Assembly: GCA_973851085.1 (NCBI GenBank)
Contig: OZ316776.1
Location: 14,198,001-14,262,000, forward strand
From: Ptychomitrium polyphyllum
Lineage: Eukaryota
Direction of reading: 5' to 3'
DNA length: 64,000 bases
This document shows positions 1 to 12,793 of the stretch, one piece after another; the stretch's first letter is position 1; the number at the start of each line of letters is the position of its first letter. The notes beneath the pieces are model-generated. The model searched no databases, had not been told where the DNA came from, and saw only the letters and a program-made list of their open reading frames with translations. The translations under genes and the position numbers were made by a program.

Positions 1-3000
1 AAAAAGGTGAGTACCAAAGCTTGTCACGCTTGTGTTGTGGATCACATTTTAGAAGGTGGATTTATGGCCAACGCTAGTAGCCTTAAGCCAAGGTCGAGTC
101 TCTTATACCTTGAGGCCCAAATAAATGGCAAAAATGTCTCATGTTTGATTGACACAGGGGCAACGCACTCCTTCATGAGTCCCAAGCTAGCAAAGGTATT
201 GGGCTTGTTCGCTCAAAAAGCTAATAAGCCCATCAACGTGCGATTTGCAAAAGGCAAACCGTACGAGACGAAGGAGGTGGTGTTGGATGTGCCCTTCAGT
301 AGTGGAACATTGGAATTGAAGGAAAATTTACACTATGTGAAATGGATGAGATAGACTTCATTTTAGGTGATACCTTTTTCGAAACTCATGTGGTGGATGT
401 GAAACAAAAGCCAGCACGGTTAGTAGTGCGCCATGGTGGGAAGGAGGCAATATTGAAGTTGACTCAAAATCCTATGGTTGCTCGAGGCAAGTTAAACTTA
501 GTCTCCTTGGAACAATTGATGAATAACCAATTTGTGGTTGTGATGCAAATGGAGCAAGAAGAGGGGAATAGGCCAAGTTCCAAGGAGGTTAGGACTACTC
601 CCAAGTGCATTCAAATTGTACTAAGTGGTTATAAGGATGTGCTCACCAATGAGCTGTACGCAGAGTTACCGCCAAGAAGAGAAGTGGATCACAAAATTGA
701 AGTGATACTGGGAACGGAGCCCCCTTCAAAGGCTCCATACCGGTTGATTCAAAACAAGCTAGATGAGTTGAAGAAGCAATTGAATGACTTGTTAGAAAGA
801 GGCTATGTTAGGCCAAGTAAGTCGCCATATGGAGCACCAGTCCTCTTTGTAGACAAAAAGGATGGCAAGCTCCGCATGTGCGTCGACTATAGAGCCTTGA
901 ATAAAGCCACCATCAAGAACAACTATCCTTTGCCTCGCATTGATGACCTCTTTGATAGATTGGCGGAAGCTAAATACTTTAGTCGGATAGACTTGAAGTC
1001 GGGCTACTATCAAATCCGCATTGCGGATGAAGACGTGCCAAAGACCGCATGCCGCACTAGGTATGGGTCCTATGAATTTTTGGTGATGCCATTCGGGTTG
1101 TGTAATGCTCCTTCATTGTTCACGACCCTCATGAATACCATCTTTTAAGAAGAGATGGATGACTTTGTCATTGTCTACATTAATGACATCTTGGTGTACT
1201 CCAAGTTGGCAGAAGAACATGCAAGGCACCTCGAAGTGGTGCTTCAAAAACTTAGGGACCACAAGCTTTATGCCAATGGAGAAAAGAGTGAATTTGCTCA
1301 ACTTGCGATTGAGTTCTTGGGCCACATAGTGACGGATGATGGAATCAAGCCGGACATAAGGAAGATAAAGGCAATTAGAGAGTGGAAACAACCTTCTACA
1401 CAAAAGGGGCTGAGATCATTTCTCGGCCTAGCAAATTATTAGAGGAGATTCATACACAATTTCTCCAAAATTACTAGACCTTTGTCCGACTTGTTGAAGA
1501 AAGGAGCTAGCCAAATATGAGATGAATTTTGTCACCAAGCTTTTAAGGAACTCAAGGACAAATTATTTCAACCGCCGGTATTGAAGTTTCTTGAGTTTGA
1601 AAAGCCTTTTGAGGTCCACAGGGATGTAAGTGACTTTGCCATTGGCGGAGTGCTCATGCAAGAAGGCATGCCAATTGCCTGTGAGAGCATGAAGTTGAAT
1701 GGGTGCCAAAAGAGGTGGCCCATGCACGAGAAAGAACTCTTTGTTGTAGTGCATTGTTTGAAAACATGGCGGCACTACTTGGGCCTACATAATACCAAAG
1801 TCTACACGGACAACGTGTCCTTGAAGTACTTTGAGTCGCAAGCACAAATGAGTGCAAAACAATTGAGGTGGCACGACACCTTGGCACTCATGAATGTGGA
1901 TTTGATCCACAAGCCGGGGCAAGACAATGTAGTGCCGGATGCTCTAAGTAGGCGGGAGGAGTTGCTAGCAAAGGGCACAACCCAAGTCCTGCGAGTAATG
2001 TACAAAGAAGAAGGCAATTTGGAAAGGAAGATAAGAGAGGGGTACATGAAGGATTCCGAAGCACAAAGGCTTCTCGGTGAGCTTAAGAAGGGTAAGAAAC
2101 TTAAGGAAATTAAGTTGGAGAAGGGATTGCTAAAGTACAAACAAGGTCGGGTGTATGTGCTTCAAGAAAAACTACGGTTGTTGGTTTTGAAAGAAGAACA
2201 TGATAGTCCCATAGCCGGCCATAGAGGGGAAAAATCCACCATAGCGGCGGTGTCAAGAAGGTACTATTGGTCGGGCATGAAAGCGGACATCACCGACTTT
2301 GTGAAAACTTGTGTGAAGTGCCAACTCAATAGAGCCTTTTATCAAAAGCAAGCCGGTCTACTACAACCTTTGCCAATTCCACCGAGTCCATGGCATAGCA
2401 TGTCCATGGACTTCATCACAAGTCTTCCAGAATTGCAAGGGTATGATGCCATCTTCGTGATGGTCGATCGCTTTAGCAAGTTGGCGCACATGGTGCCAAG
2501 TAGAGGAATCGAAACTGCACATGAGACCGCAAAGCTATTCCTCGATGCATGGTGGAAACATCACGGGTTGCCAAGAGTGATTGTGTCGGACCGAGATCCA
2601 AAATTCACTAGTGCTTTTTGGAAACATTTCTTTAGCAAAGTTGGAACCAAATTGACGTTTAACACTACCTTCCATCCTCAAACGGATGGGCAAATGGAAC
2701 AAGTGAACGGAGTCTTGAACCAATACTTGAGGAACTTTGTGAGTGCAGACTAGTGCGATTGGGTGGATTATGTGAGCCTAGCGGAGTTCAATTACAATGC
2801 GGCCAATCATTTGGCGACAAAATAGTCGCCATTTAAGGTGGTCTATGGAGTGGAGCCACTCTAGCCTGCCGACTTAGCTCTTGAAGGATTTTCATTCAAC
2901 ACTAGAATTTAACCAAGATGGTGAGAATTTGGCCAAAACGCGGGAATAAATGTTAGAGAAGACCAAGCTTTTGTTGGAAAAGGCACAAAAGCGGTACAAG

Positions 3001-3492
3001 AAACAAGTCAATGCCGGAAGACGTGAAGTGGAGTATGAAGTAGGCCAAAAGGTGTTGTTGAATGTCAAGAACTTTAACTTGCCCGAAGGCCTCACTCCAA
3101 AGTTCATGTCTAAGTTTACGGGGCCGTTTTCTATTGTGGAGCGGGTATTTAAAGATGTGTACAAGTTGGAGCTACCATTTGAAATCGAAGTGCACCCAAC
3201 ATTTCATGTCTCACTCCTTAAGCCATTCAAAAAAGATACCTTGTGGCCCAATCGCAAACAAGTGATTTGGCCACTGCCGGAATTGGTGGACAACCACTTG
3301 GAATACGAAGTAGAAGGAATTCTCAAGTGTAGGCACCACAAGAAAATAGGAAAAGAATATTTGGTGAAGTGGAGAAGGTACTATGAAAAGGAAGCAACTT
3401 GGGTAGCGGCCAAGGACTTGGGAAATGCCAATGAAGTGGTGGAACCTTTTGAAAGGGATAGGAACTCCAACAAAAGACAACGTCGGCATTGA
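1..3492 (+). mobile_element. Ty3/gypsy chromovirus (family A) pol: protease-RT-RNase H-integrase-chromodomain, defective; 5' part lies outside the window
   Basis: LIDTGATHSF protease, [30 protein letters not shown], RNase H, integrase H-H-C-C plus SMDFIT/SDRD core, GPF and YEVEGIL..YLVKW chromodomain; several stops and frameshifts (e.g. 1146, 1440, 2751). Confidence 0.95.
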
Positions 3493-4281
3493 TGAGGACA
3501 TCAATCTCTTTTAGTAGGGGAAGAGAGACTTGTAGCAGTAACTTCTTTACATCATGTATTGGTTCTTTGACTTATGGCAATACAGTTCAACTTTTGTGTG
3601 TGCAAAGAGAAGAGGACAAGATGACGTCCTAGTCTTATGCTTGTGCTAAGTTGGTAGAAGAGGGGGAATAGACATGTGAAACCAAGTTGGGAAGGCCGAG
3701 TAATGGGGACCAACGCTGGGAGGAAGAATGGTTAAAACCATGAAACCTCCTCGCCTCGGGCTTGTTTGGGCAAGGACAAAGTAATGGCGCGTGCTCATAT
3801 AAGCGCCACTCCAACAAAACAACAAAAATTAGTGCATGGGAGTCATGAATCCATGTCTCAATAGAGATAGTGGGATCCAAATTGGGCAGAACTTGGCATT
3901 ACCGCCGTGCAATGGAATCGTGGAATAAAAACCACCTTGGGTTTGCAACCAAGACAATTTAGTGGAGCATTGAGGTCCACCTTACTTGGTAAGGTAGAGT
4001 TAGGGGAGTGTAGCCTAACTGGGGAGTCCATCCCAAGAAGGTCTCAAAGTAGATAGGTCTAAAGTAGTTTAGGGCCCCAAGAACTTTCTCTTGGCTGCCT
4101 AAACAGAATACTTTCTAAACGACACCTTTACGAATTTGCAAAAGCTTTATGAATGCATTGTAAGTGTTGCACCCGAGATGAAACACAATGCTGCACCACT
4201 AGAAGATGGCAACCTTGAAATTGATGAATCAACTACAAGTATTGTCGATAATGACATTGACTCCATTAAGGTGCAGGTGAG

Positions 4282-5457
4282 TATTGCGCACCTCTCTTTG
4301 AAGAGTGCTTGCAACACTAGGGGCACAAGGAGGACCCTAGAGTGACGTTTGGGACTTGTGGCGCTGATAGTGAGAGGAACCGAGTAGGCCTAGCGTGGGA
4401 ATGACCTCTAGAGAAGAAACATCCTTGCCCATGTAGACCGAGGGCCACAAGGGATAAATCGTGAGTATTAAAAGAATCACAAAGAGTTGATTCTAGAATG
4501 CTAAAGATTGCTCAAATTAGACAGGAGAGCTAAAAGATATGGCATCCCAAAGTCGGGGTTGCCAAAGGGCTGTTCTAGACTGTGGCAGCCCTACACAGTG
4601 ACTGTATTGGATTGGGACAGTCCAGGGAGGGACTCCCCGAGAGTCCCGAACCTTGGGAGAGGCATATCTCCCAAACTACTAACTCAAATTGGACGTTTGA
4701 GGAGTCTATTGGCATTTGCGCGAAGAGTAGATGACGATAAAGTGGTTGCTGAATAGATTCGGGCACTGAACAAGCAAGATATGGCTCCTTGAAGGTCCAT
4801 AGGGAGTTCCCGAGGCTTTCGACGGCTAAGTCTAAGGAAGATCGGGTGGTCTTCCAAAACTCTAGATGTGTCGGGTTTAGGGTCTTCCAAAACTCTAGAT
4901 GTGTCGGGTTTCAGCCAGCTACAAAAGGTCAAGGGGCCTGCCAAATCCCATAGAGAATACTATAAGGGAGGGCTGGTCTCCCTCCTCACTCCCCTAGTGT
5001 CCCAGTAGGAACCAAAGGTGAGTCCCGGTTGGTGGGGCTAGTGTTGGGGCTTCACCACGGGGACTTCCACACCATTGTAAGCCGGCGGACGGCCGGTTAC
5101 ACAAAGGAAACTAGTGAGATCAAGAGGGCACGCTTGTTCCTACTAAGTTGGGGTGGTGTCTTCACGCCGGCACCATGATGGCTTGGGGTGCTTTTAGAAT
5201 CCCATGGAAATCATGAGTGGTGGTGAGGAGATACCACTAAGTGCGATTGGGCCGTGTAGAATGGGAGTAACACCAAGTGAGGCCTTGAACATGAATGGAA
5301 GTCCGCACCTAACCATTGGGTACCAATCAATTGGGTGTCCTAAAAGAAATGGTGGAGGGACTTGGAGAGTGAGAATGGGGGTTAACCATGTGTATATGGA
5401 GGTATACAACGTAAACGCGCGTAACGCTTGCTAAGGTGCATTACAAGGGTTGCAACA
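4282..5457 (+). repeat. 3' LTR of family A element
   Basis: Reverse-complement homology over its whole length to the solo LTR at 55574-56717; ends TATTGCGC...TGCAACA; purine-rich tract at 4268-4281; TATA-like site near 4961; internal ~32-bp tandem duplication at ~4848-4911. Confidence 0.88.
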
Positions 5458-8400
5458 AGGAGGTATTTCTTGTCTTGCTTGTCACTTTTATACAAATTCC
5501 TATATTTGTCAAAGGAATGAAGCAACATATTTTGCTTATTGTTCTTTGTCCACTGATTCAACTGGTCCTTGCAAGAAACGCTGATGACCATCAGCCAAGA
5601 CTTTTGTTGTTGAAATGTCCCATTCCAAGATCTGATCTTGATTAAGTCCTTCAAAACATCCTCCAAACAAGATGTTGGATCCTCCAGGAGTGACTCTTCC
5701 AATTTCTAACAAGATGACTAGAGCGCAAGCATCTAAATCAAGACTGGAATGTGAAGGGCAACTAGCCAATACTTTTGTATGAGGTCGTACTTGACATTGG
5801 AACATCCTTCGTGTATCTTGGCTTAGATCCTCCGTTATCGAAGGCTGAAAAAGTTGAGTTGGCTCAACAAATGCTGTTGTTGATGAAGGCATGGCCGACT
5901 GCACTTCACGCATATCAGTGATAACACGAAGATTTGACATCCTAGCTAGGATCTAGAAATGATTTATCTTGGAAATAATGTTGCATACAAATAGAGGTTT
6001 CGGATACCTCTCCCCTCTTCTTATACTTGGCTATGAAGGAAAAACTTCTTTGTGAAGCTAACGGCTGCTGATGACACATCATCACAGACCTGGTTTCTGA
6101 AGATATCTTTGATGAAATTCGCGTACATTCTTGGATGCATTTGTTACATTTGTTGAAGGTTCCCATGTTTGGTCATTGATGCCATATTCTTGCCAATGTA
6201 TAAAATACTCCACACGTCCATTCTTCATGCGTGGATCTAAGATCTCTTCCATTCATATTCAATCTCATTATTGATTTTCAGCGGAGGAGGCGGAGGAACA
6301 ACTCTCTCTGGTATACATGATTTGTTACAGGCTTCCAACAACAATATGTGGAATACTGGATGAATTTGCATGCTTGGTGGTAGCTTTAGGCAATAACTAA
6401 CCGGATTTATCTGTTTGCTGATTTCAAACGGTCGCAACCGTTGATAGTCCAACTTCTTTGATGGTCTTTTTGTCTGTATATTTTGTCGTAGGAGCCATAC
6501 GCTATCTCCAACCTTGAAATTTGGATGGTCCTTTTGATGGCAATCTGCATAAGTTTTGTAACGATCTTAAGCTTGTTGTAACTGGAAGGTAATTTCTTGA
6601 TGGATTTTAGCAAGTTGAATTGCAAAATCCTTTGCAGTAGCACTTCCAACATGCTTCACTTGAAATGGATTTGTTCGATGATGATGGCCATATTGTGCAA
6701 AGAACGGACTTTGAATTGTTGAAAAATGCACCATATTGTTGTAAGCAAATTCTGCCAAGGGCAAGAGATCCATCCAGCTGTCTTGCTGGTAGTTTATGCT
6801 ACAACAAAGGTACCGCTCCAAAATTTGATTTACACGTTCGGTTTGGCCATCAGTTTGTGGATGGTGTGTTGAAGAAAGGTTGATCTTTACACGCAACAGC
6901 TGGAATAGAGCCCTCCAAAAGTTGGAAATGAACTGCGGGCCTCGATCGGATACAATATCATTTGGTAGTCCATGTATGCGGTAGACGTGATTTAAGAACA
7001 ACTTGGCAGTTTCTTCTCCCGTTACCGTCTTGTTGCATGGAATGAAATGTGCCATTTTGGTAAATCGATCCACCACTACCAAAATAGAATCCTTAGAATC
7101 AGAGTTTGAAAGGTCCGTGATAAAATCCATTGACAAAGACAACCATGGGCCCTTTGGCACTGGAAGCGGATGGAAGAGACCATGAGGTTGGTATCTTGGT
7201 ACCTTGGCTCTTGCACAAGTGTCGCATGATCGAACAAAGTCCTTTACGTACTTCCACATTTGTGGCCACCAATAGTCTCTTGCAATCAACTCCATTGTTT
7301 TATTGAATCCAAAATGTCCTATTGCTGGAAAATCATGACGTGCTTGAAGGATCTTCAACCGCAAAGGGCCTGGAGGTAGGTACAAAAGTCCTTTATACTA
7401 AAATAGGCCCTCTTGGAATTCAAAGTCTTCATCGCTATTTGAAGGATCTCCATTGTCTTTGAAGCGCTTTCTTATATTTGAAACAAAGATATCATTCTTC
7501 AAAGCCTTCCAAATTTCATCAAGATGGAATGTTGTCGTAATAGTTGTTTCTTTTAATTGGAGATTCTTTGGCTTCAATAAAATAGTCCTTTGTTGATCCA
7601 AAACATCATCTCCAGATTGAAGAGCTAAATAAGATCTTCGAGATAAGGCATCTGGCTCACCTTATAGGCTATCAGGTCAATAGGTAATGACAAAGTCAAA
7701 TCTGGAAAGCGGCATACTCCACATTGCTTGACGGCGATTCAAAACATGCACATTCATGAAAAATTCAAAGTTCTTGTGGTTTATATATATTATGGTGGTA
7801 TGTTGAGTTCTTTCCAATAAGTGTCGCCATTCTTCAAACGCATCTACAATTGCAAGTAGTTGTTTATCATAGATATCATAGTTGATTTCTATTGCTGAGA
7901 ACTTTTTTGAACAAAAGGCAAGAGGGTGAAGTCTACCGTCGTCATCATATTATGAGAATATTGAGCCAAGCGCAAAATCTGAAGCATTCGCTTCCAAATA
8001 CAAAGGCTTTGATGGATTTGGATGAATAAGGATTGGAGCCAACATGAATGACTTTTTAAGACTTTGAAATGTTTTTTCCGCCTTTTCATTTCAAATGAAT
8101 TTTTGCTTCCTTGTAAGACGTGTTAATAGTGCCGCAATCTTGGAGTAATCCTTGATGAATATCCTGTAGAAGTTTGCAAATTCCAAGAAGCATTGAACAT
8201 CTTGAATTGATCTTGGCATACTCCACTCCATGACAATACTTATTTTTATTTTATCCATATGGATTCCTCCTTTGAAAATGATGTAGCATAAAAAATTCAA
8301 CCAAGGATTCATGGAATAGGCACTTTTCCAATTTGGCATATAATCCTCGCTGGCATAGTTTTCCTAAGACCAGTCGCACATGACGTTCGTGGTCTTGTTC

Positions 8401-11400
8401 ATCCTTTGAATGTATCAAAATGTCATCCAAGTAGATGACTATAAAATTGTCCAAATGTTCATGGAAGATATCATTCATCATATGTTGGAAGACCGCGGGG
8501 GCATTTGTAAGGCCAAAAGGCATGACATTGTATTCAAAATGACCATACCAAGATCGAAAAGCTGGCTTCCATTCGTCTCCTTCTTTGATGTGTACAAGAT
8601 CGTAGGCTCCTCTAAGATCAATTTTGGTGAATATCTTTGCTTGGCCAAGTTGTTGTAGGAGTCCAAAGATTAATGGTAATGGATAGCGATTCTTTTTTGT
8701 TACTTTGTTGAGGCCTCGATAGTCCACGCACATACGTAATGATCCATCTTTCTTCTTTACAAATAGAATGGGTGCTCCAACAGGTGATTTAGAGTGTTGA
8801 ATGAAACCCTTTCCAAGGTTTTCATCAATATATTCTCTCAAGGCAGTCAACTCGGTATGTGATATGCTATAAATAGGTCCAAAAGGTGGTTGCAACTCAA
8901 TGGTATAATTGTAAGGCCGGTGCTTTGGTAACATGTCTGCATTCTTCTTCTAAAAAACGTCTTTATAATCTTGATATTGATGAGGTTTATTTTTATTAGA
9001 CTCCATTGTTGAGCTGTACATTGGCGTGGCATAAATGGCATAGATTGGTTCATCCTTTGCCGCTCTCATGAATGCCTTAGCTCCAATAAATGATGGTCCA
9101 AGATTTCTCGTATCTTGACGTCTTTTCCTTGAGACCACACTTCGTGAGCGCCAGTTAATGTCTAGATTATGTAATTCAAACCAAGGAAGGCCCAAAACAA
9201 TAGGATTCATTCGGCATTGAATGATGTTGAAGACAATCTTAGATGCCTGGTCTCCTAAAACAACCTCCAAGAGTTGAGTTTCTTTAATAACGTTGCCAGA
9301 CGCAAGAGATCGTCCATCAATAACTTCAACAGGTGCGGGGTATTTTTTCTTCACAAGCACCATGTGATGTTTGGTTGGAAAATCCTTGTCCATAAAACAT
9401 GCCATTGCACCAGTGTCTAAGTGAGCGTCACTAATTATTTCATCATCTAACAATTCTATTTTGATAGGAAATGTAAAACAAGAAGTAGGATTTGCCTCGT
9501 TTTTCAACTCCACCATTGTGCTTTGAGCCTTAAACGCAGATCCTTTAATTTGACAATTGTGCACTTTATGTCCAGACTTGCCACAATACAAGTATAGGTT
9601 TTCTCTTCAACGCCTTTCTTTTTCTTCTGGAGTCAAACGTCTTAACAAGGCAACATCAATTTGCATAGGTTCTGGTCCTTGTGGTCAGCTTTCCAATATT
9701 CTTGACGAAGTGGTAGACATGCTTTGATGTACTGGTCGCCATCCCAAGCGTTGTTCTTGGCGCCTCTCAAATAATCTATTGTTGCATACTATTGCTTGAG
9801 TGATGAATTCGTCCAATGTTTCAACTGTTTACATTGTGAGTAGCAAGTCCTACACATTCTCTCTTAAGCCCCATCGGAATTGTGTGACCAAGGCCTTATC
9901 ATTCCAATCAAGGTCGCAAGCTAATTGTCGAAACTCTGCAGCATATGTAGCAGCTGAGCGCTGTCCTTGTTGGAGACTCTGGATCCTTGTTTCAGCCACC
10001 CTCTCTCGATCAGTGTCTCCAAAAGCAGATGTCAATGCTTCTATAAAAGCACCTAAGTTGTTCAATAATGGTGACTACTTCTCCATTAGGGGTGCAAACC
10101 ACGTTAGTACATTGTTTGATAAAAGAGTGGCCACAAATCCCACTTGAGTTGTGCCATCAGGATAGTGAGATTGATGCAAACTAAGGAAGAGCCTTACTTG
10201 TTGAACAAAGCCTTTTAATTTTGATCTTGATCCATCGAACTTGTCCGGCATGCAAATCTTTGGCTCTGCATGGGTTTGACGTAAGCCTTCTCTTCCAATA
10301 TTGGCTTCTCGCAATCAAACAACCTCTTGATATAAGCTTTGAATATCACCATTGGATACTTCAACTTACTGAGTGTGTTGCTCCAAATTGTTGATGGTGT
10401 TGAAGCGGGCGAGTTCTATTTGAACTGTATTTAATAACTCTTGAAGGTCTGCAATAGTTGCAAACCTATTCTCTGATGTTCCAGGCACGTTATCCATTTT
10501 TTAAGACTCTCAAAGACAGAAAGATAATGAGTACCTTCAAAGGAGGGCAGTGCACATCCTTTGAAAGAACTAGTACCTAATTCTAGAAGAAGAAACCAAT
10601 TCTATGGTGCCAGCTTAGAAGAGGGTAATCCGCAACCTCCAAGACGGTATGGAATCCTAAAGAAGATGGATAATCCACAATCTTCTTCAAAGAACCTTAG
10701 CTCTGACAAAGATGAAGAGTAGTCTTGCCAAACTATTAAAGACACAAGAAACAAGAAGCAGAAACGATGTGTTTCCCAAGAATTAGCTTCCAAAGAGCTA
10801 ATGATTAACAAGAACTTGATACAAAGACTAGAACAAGGCAGGATTCAAAATGATCCACAACTTGTGTTGGCAAGACTAAAGAATACCTTGTCTTGCTTCC
10901 TATTTATACTATGACGGTTGTATCTCCTAGGATATTTCTAAAGAAGCTTCCTACAAGGCTTAAGAATGTTCTGGAAGTCTAGAGAACCTTCCGAAGAAGT
11001 TTCCTAAGATGTTGGAACCTTCCTAAAAAGCTTCCAAGGAGTTGGAACCTTTGTTGGAAGTTTCCTAAGGTAGTGGAACTTTTTTAGAAAGTTTCTTAAA
11101 AAGATGGAACCTTCCTAGGATGTTTTCAAAAACGATGGAAGCTTTCTAGGAAGTTTCCAAAGATGATAGTACTTTGCTATGAAGTTTTCTAAAGTGATGG
11201 AATCTTCGTAGGAAGTTTCCCACAAAGTTACTGAAGGTGATATAACTTTCCTAGAGAGTTTCCTAAGGTGGAGGAACTTTCCTAGGAAGCTTTCTAAGGT
11301 GGAAGAACTTCCGTAGGAAGCTTCTTAAGAACATAGAAAAGACTATGGAGACATCTAAAAGTATTCTAAGAATTTGTTATGGTATACTAGAAGGTTTTAG

Positions 11401-11441
11401 AATGTTCTATGGACTATGTTGCATAATCTATGTCCGTGACA
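5458..11441 (-). mobile_element. Ty3/gypsy chromovirus family B, copy 1 (5' LTR 10734-11441, gag-PR-RT-RH-INT-chromo), defective; interrupted near its 3' end by the family A element
   Basis: gag PDKFDG and CCHC knuckle (YCGKSGHKVHNC), LDTGA protease, YLDD RT, integrase ORF 6567-7385, HPVFH/EYE chromodomain remnants; LTR ends GTGACA at 11441. Confidence 0.93.
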
Positions 11442-12793
11442 GCCAAATGGTGTTTTCATTGTAGACTTTAGATACTTGTTTTAACCAACGTCTCTTGCTT
11501 GGTGTCTCCAAATATAAATGTCAATGTGAATGCTTTTATAAAAGCATTTAACTTGTTCAACAATAGTAACTTCTTTTTCATTAATGGTATAAATCACAAT
11601 AGTATATCATTTGATAGAAGAATGCTTATAAACCTTACTTGAGTAATATCATCAAGATAGCGAGAATTATCCAAATATAGCAAGATTGATGCAAAGTACT
11701 TTACTTATTAAAGTAAGCCTCTCAATTTGGATCTTCATCTACCAAACTTGCTTAGCATATTAATCTTTGATTCTGCGTAGTTTTGACATGAAAATTTTCT
11801 TCTAGTATTGGCCTCTTGCAATCAAACAATTTCTTCATATAGACTCTGAGTATCACCCTTGAATTCTTTAGCTTGACAGGTGTGGTATTTAAAATTGTTG
11901 GAGATATTGATGCAAGATAACACTATTTAAGTTGTATTTAATAGCTCTTCAAGGCCTGCAATTGTTGCAAATTTTTTTTTTAATGTTCTTAGCACGTTAT
12001 TCACATTCAAATCAATAAACTTGTGGAAAAAGAAAAAGAAAACAAAGAATTAATTTTAAAATAAATAATCCACAGCCTCACAAAATTGTCTGTATTTTCA
12101 AAAAAAAAAATTACATACTTAAGATTATTAGAAACCCAAAGATTATCAAGATCTTTAAAGAAAGATATTCCATGTATCTAAAAAAATTAATCCTTCTTCT
12201 AAATAAACAGCACTGAATTTTAGAAGAAGGAATCAATATATAATATCAGCTTAAAAGAAGGTAATCCGCAACTTCTAAGATGCTATAGAGTTCTAAAGAA
12301 GATGGATAATCCACTATTTTCTTCAAAGAAACCTTAGCTTTGACAAATATGAAGAAAAGCCTTGCCAAATTGTTAAAAACATAAGAAATAAGAAGCAAAT
12401 ACTAAGTGGTTCTCAAGAATTAGCTTCTAAGTAATTAATGATTAACAAGAGTTGATACAAAGACTAGAATAAAAACACAATTCAATATGATCCACAACGT
12501 GTATTGGCAAAACTAAGGTATACCTTAGTTTGCCTCCTATTTATACTATGATGCTTGTATCTCTTAGAATATTTCTAAAAAAGCTTCCTATAAAGCTTAA
12601 GAATGTTTTAGAATTCAATGGAACTTTTCCAAGAAGTTTCTTGAAATGGTAGAACCTCCCTAGGAAGTTTTTCAAAGAAGTGGAACAACTATGGAAGCAT
12701 TGAAAGTATTCTATGAAGCTACTACAAAATACTAGAAAGTTCTAAAAGATTCTAAAGATTCAAGATTATGTTGCATGATCTATGTCTATTACA
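11442..12793 (-). mobile_element. Older, decayed family B 5' part (gag fragment plus 5' LTR 12371-12793) into which copy 1 is nested
   Basis: Diverged match to family B gag (GTGTCTCCAAA...GTCAATG) and leader; LTR TGTTAAAAAC...CTATTACA. Confidence 0.75.

Noticed and set aside
4508..5434. Short ORFs within family A LTRs (also 56246-56868)
   Set aside because: LTR sequence with no domain signature; most starts are non-ATG
10950..11340. Regularly spaced palindromic repeats resembling a CRISPR array
   Set aside because: Degenerate tandem units inside LTRs with no unique spacers and no cas genes; eukaryotic context
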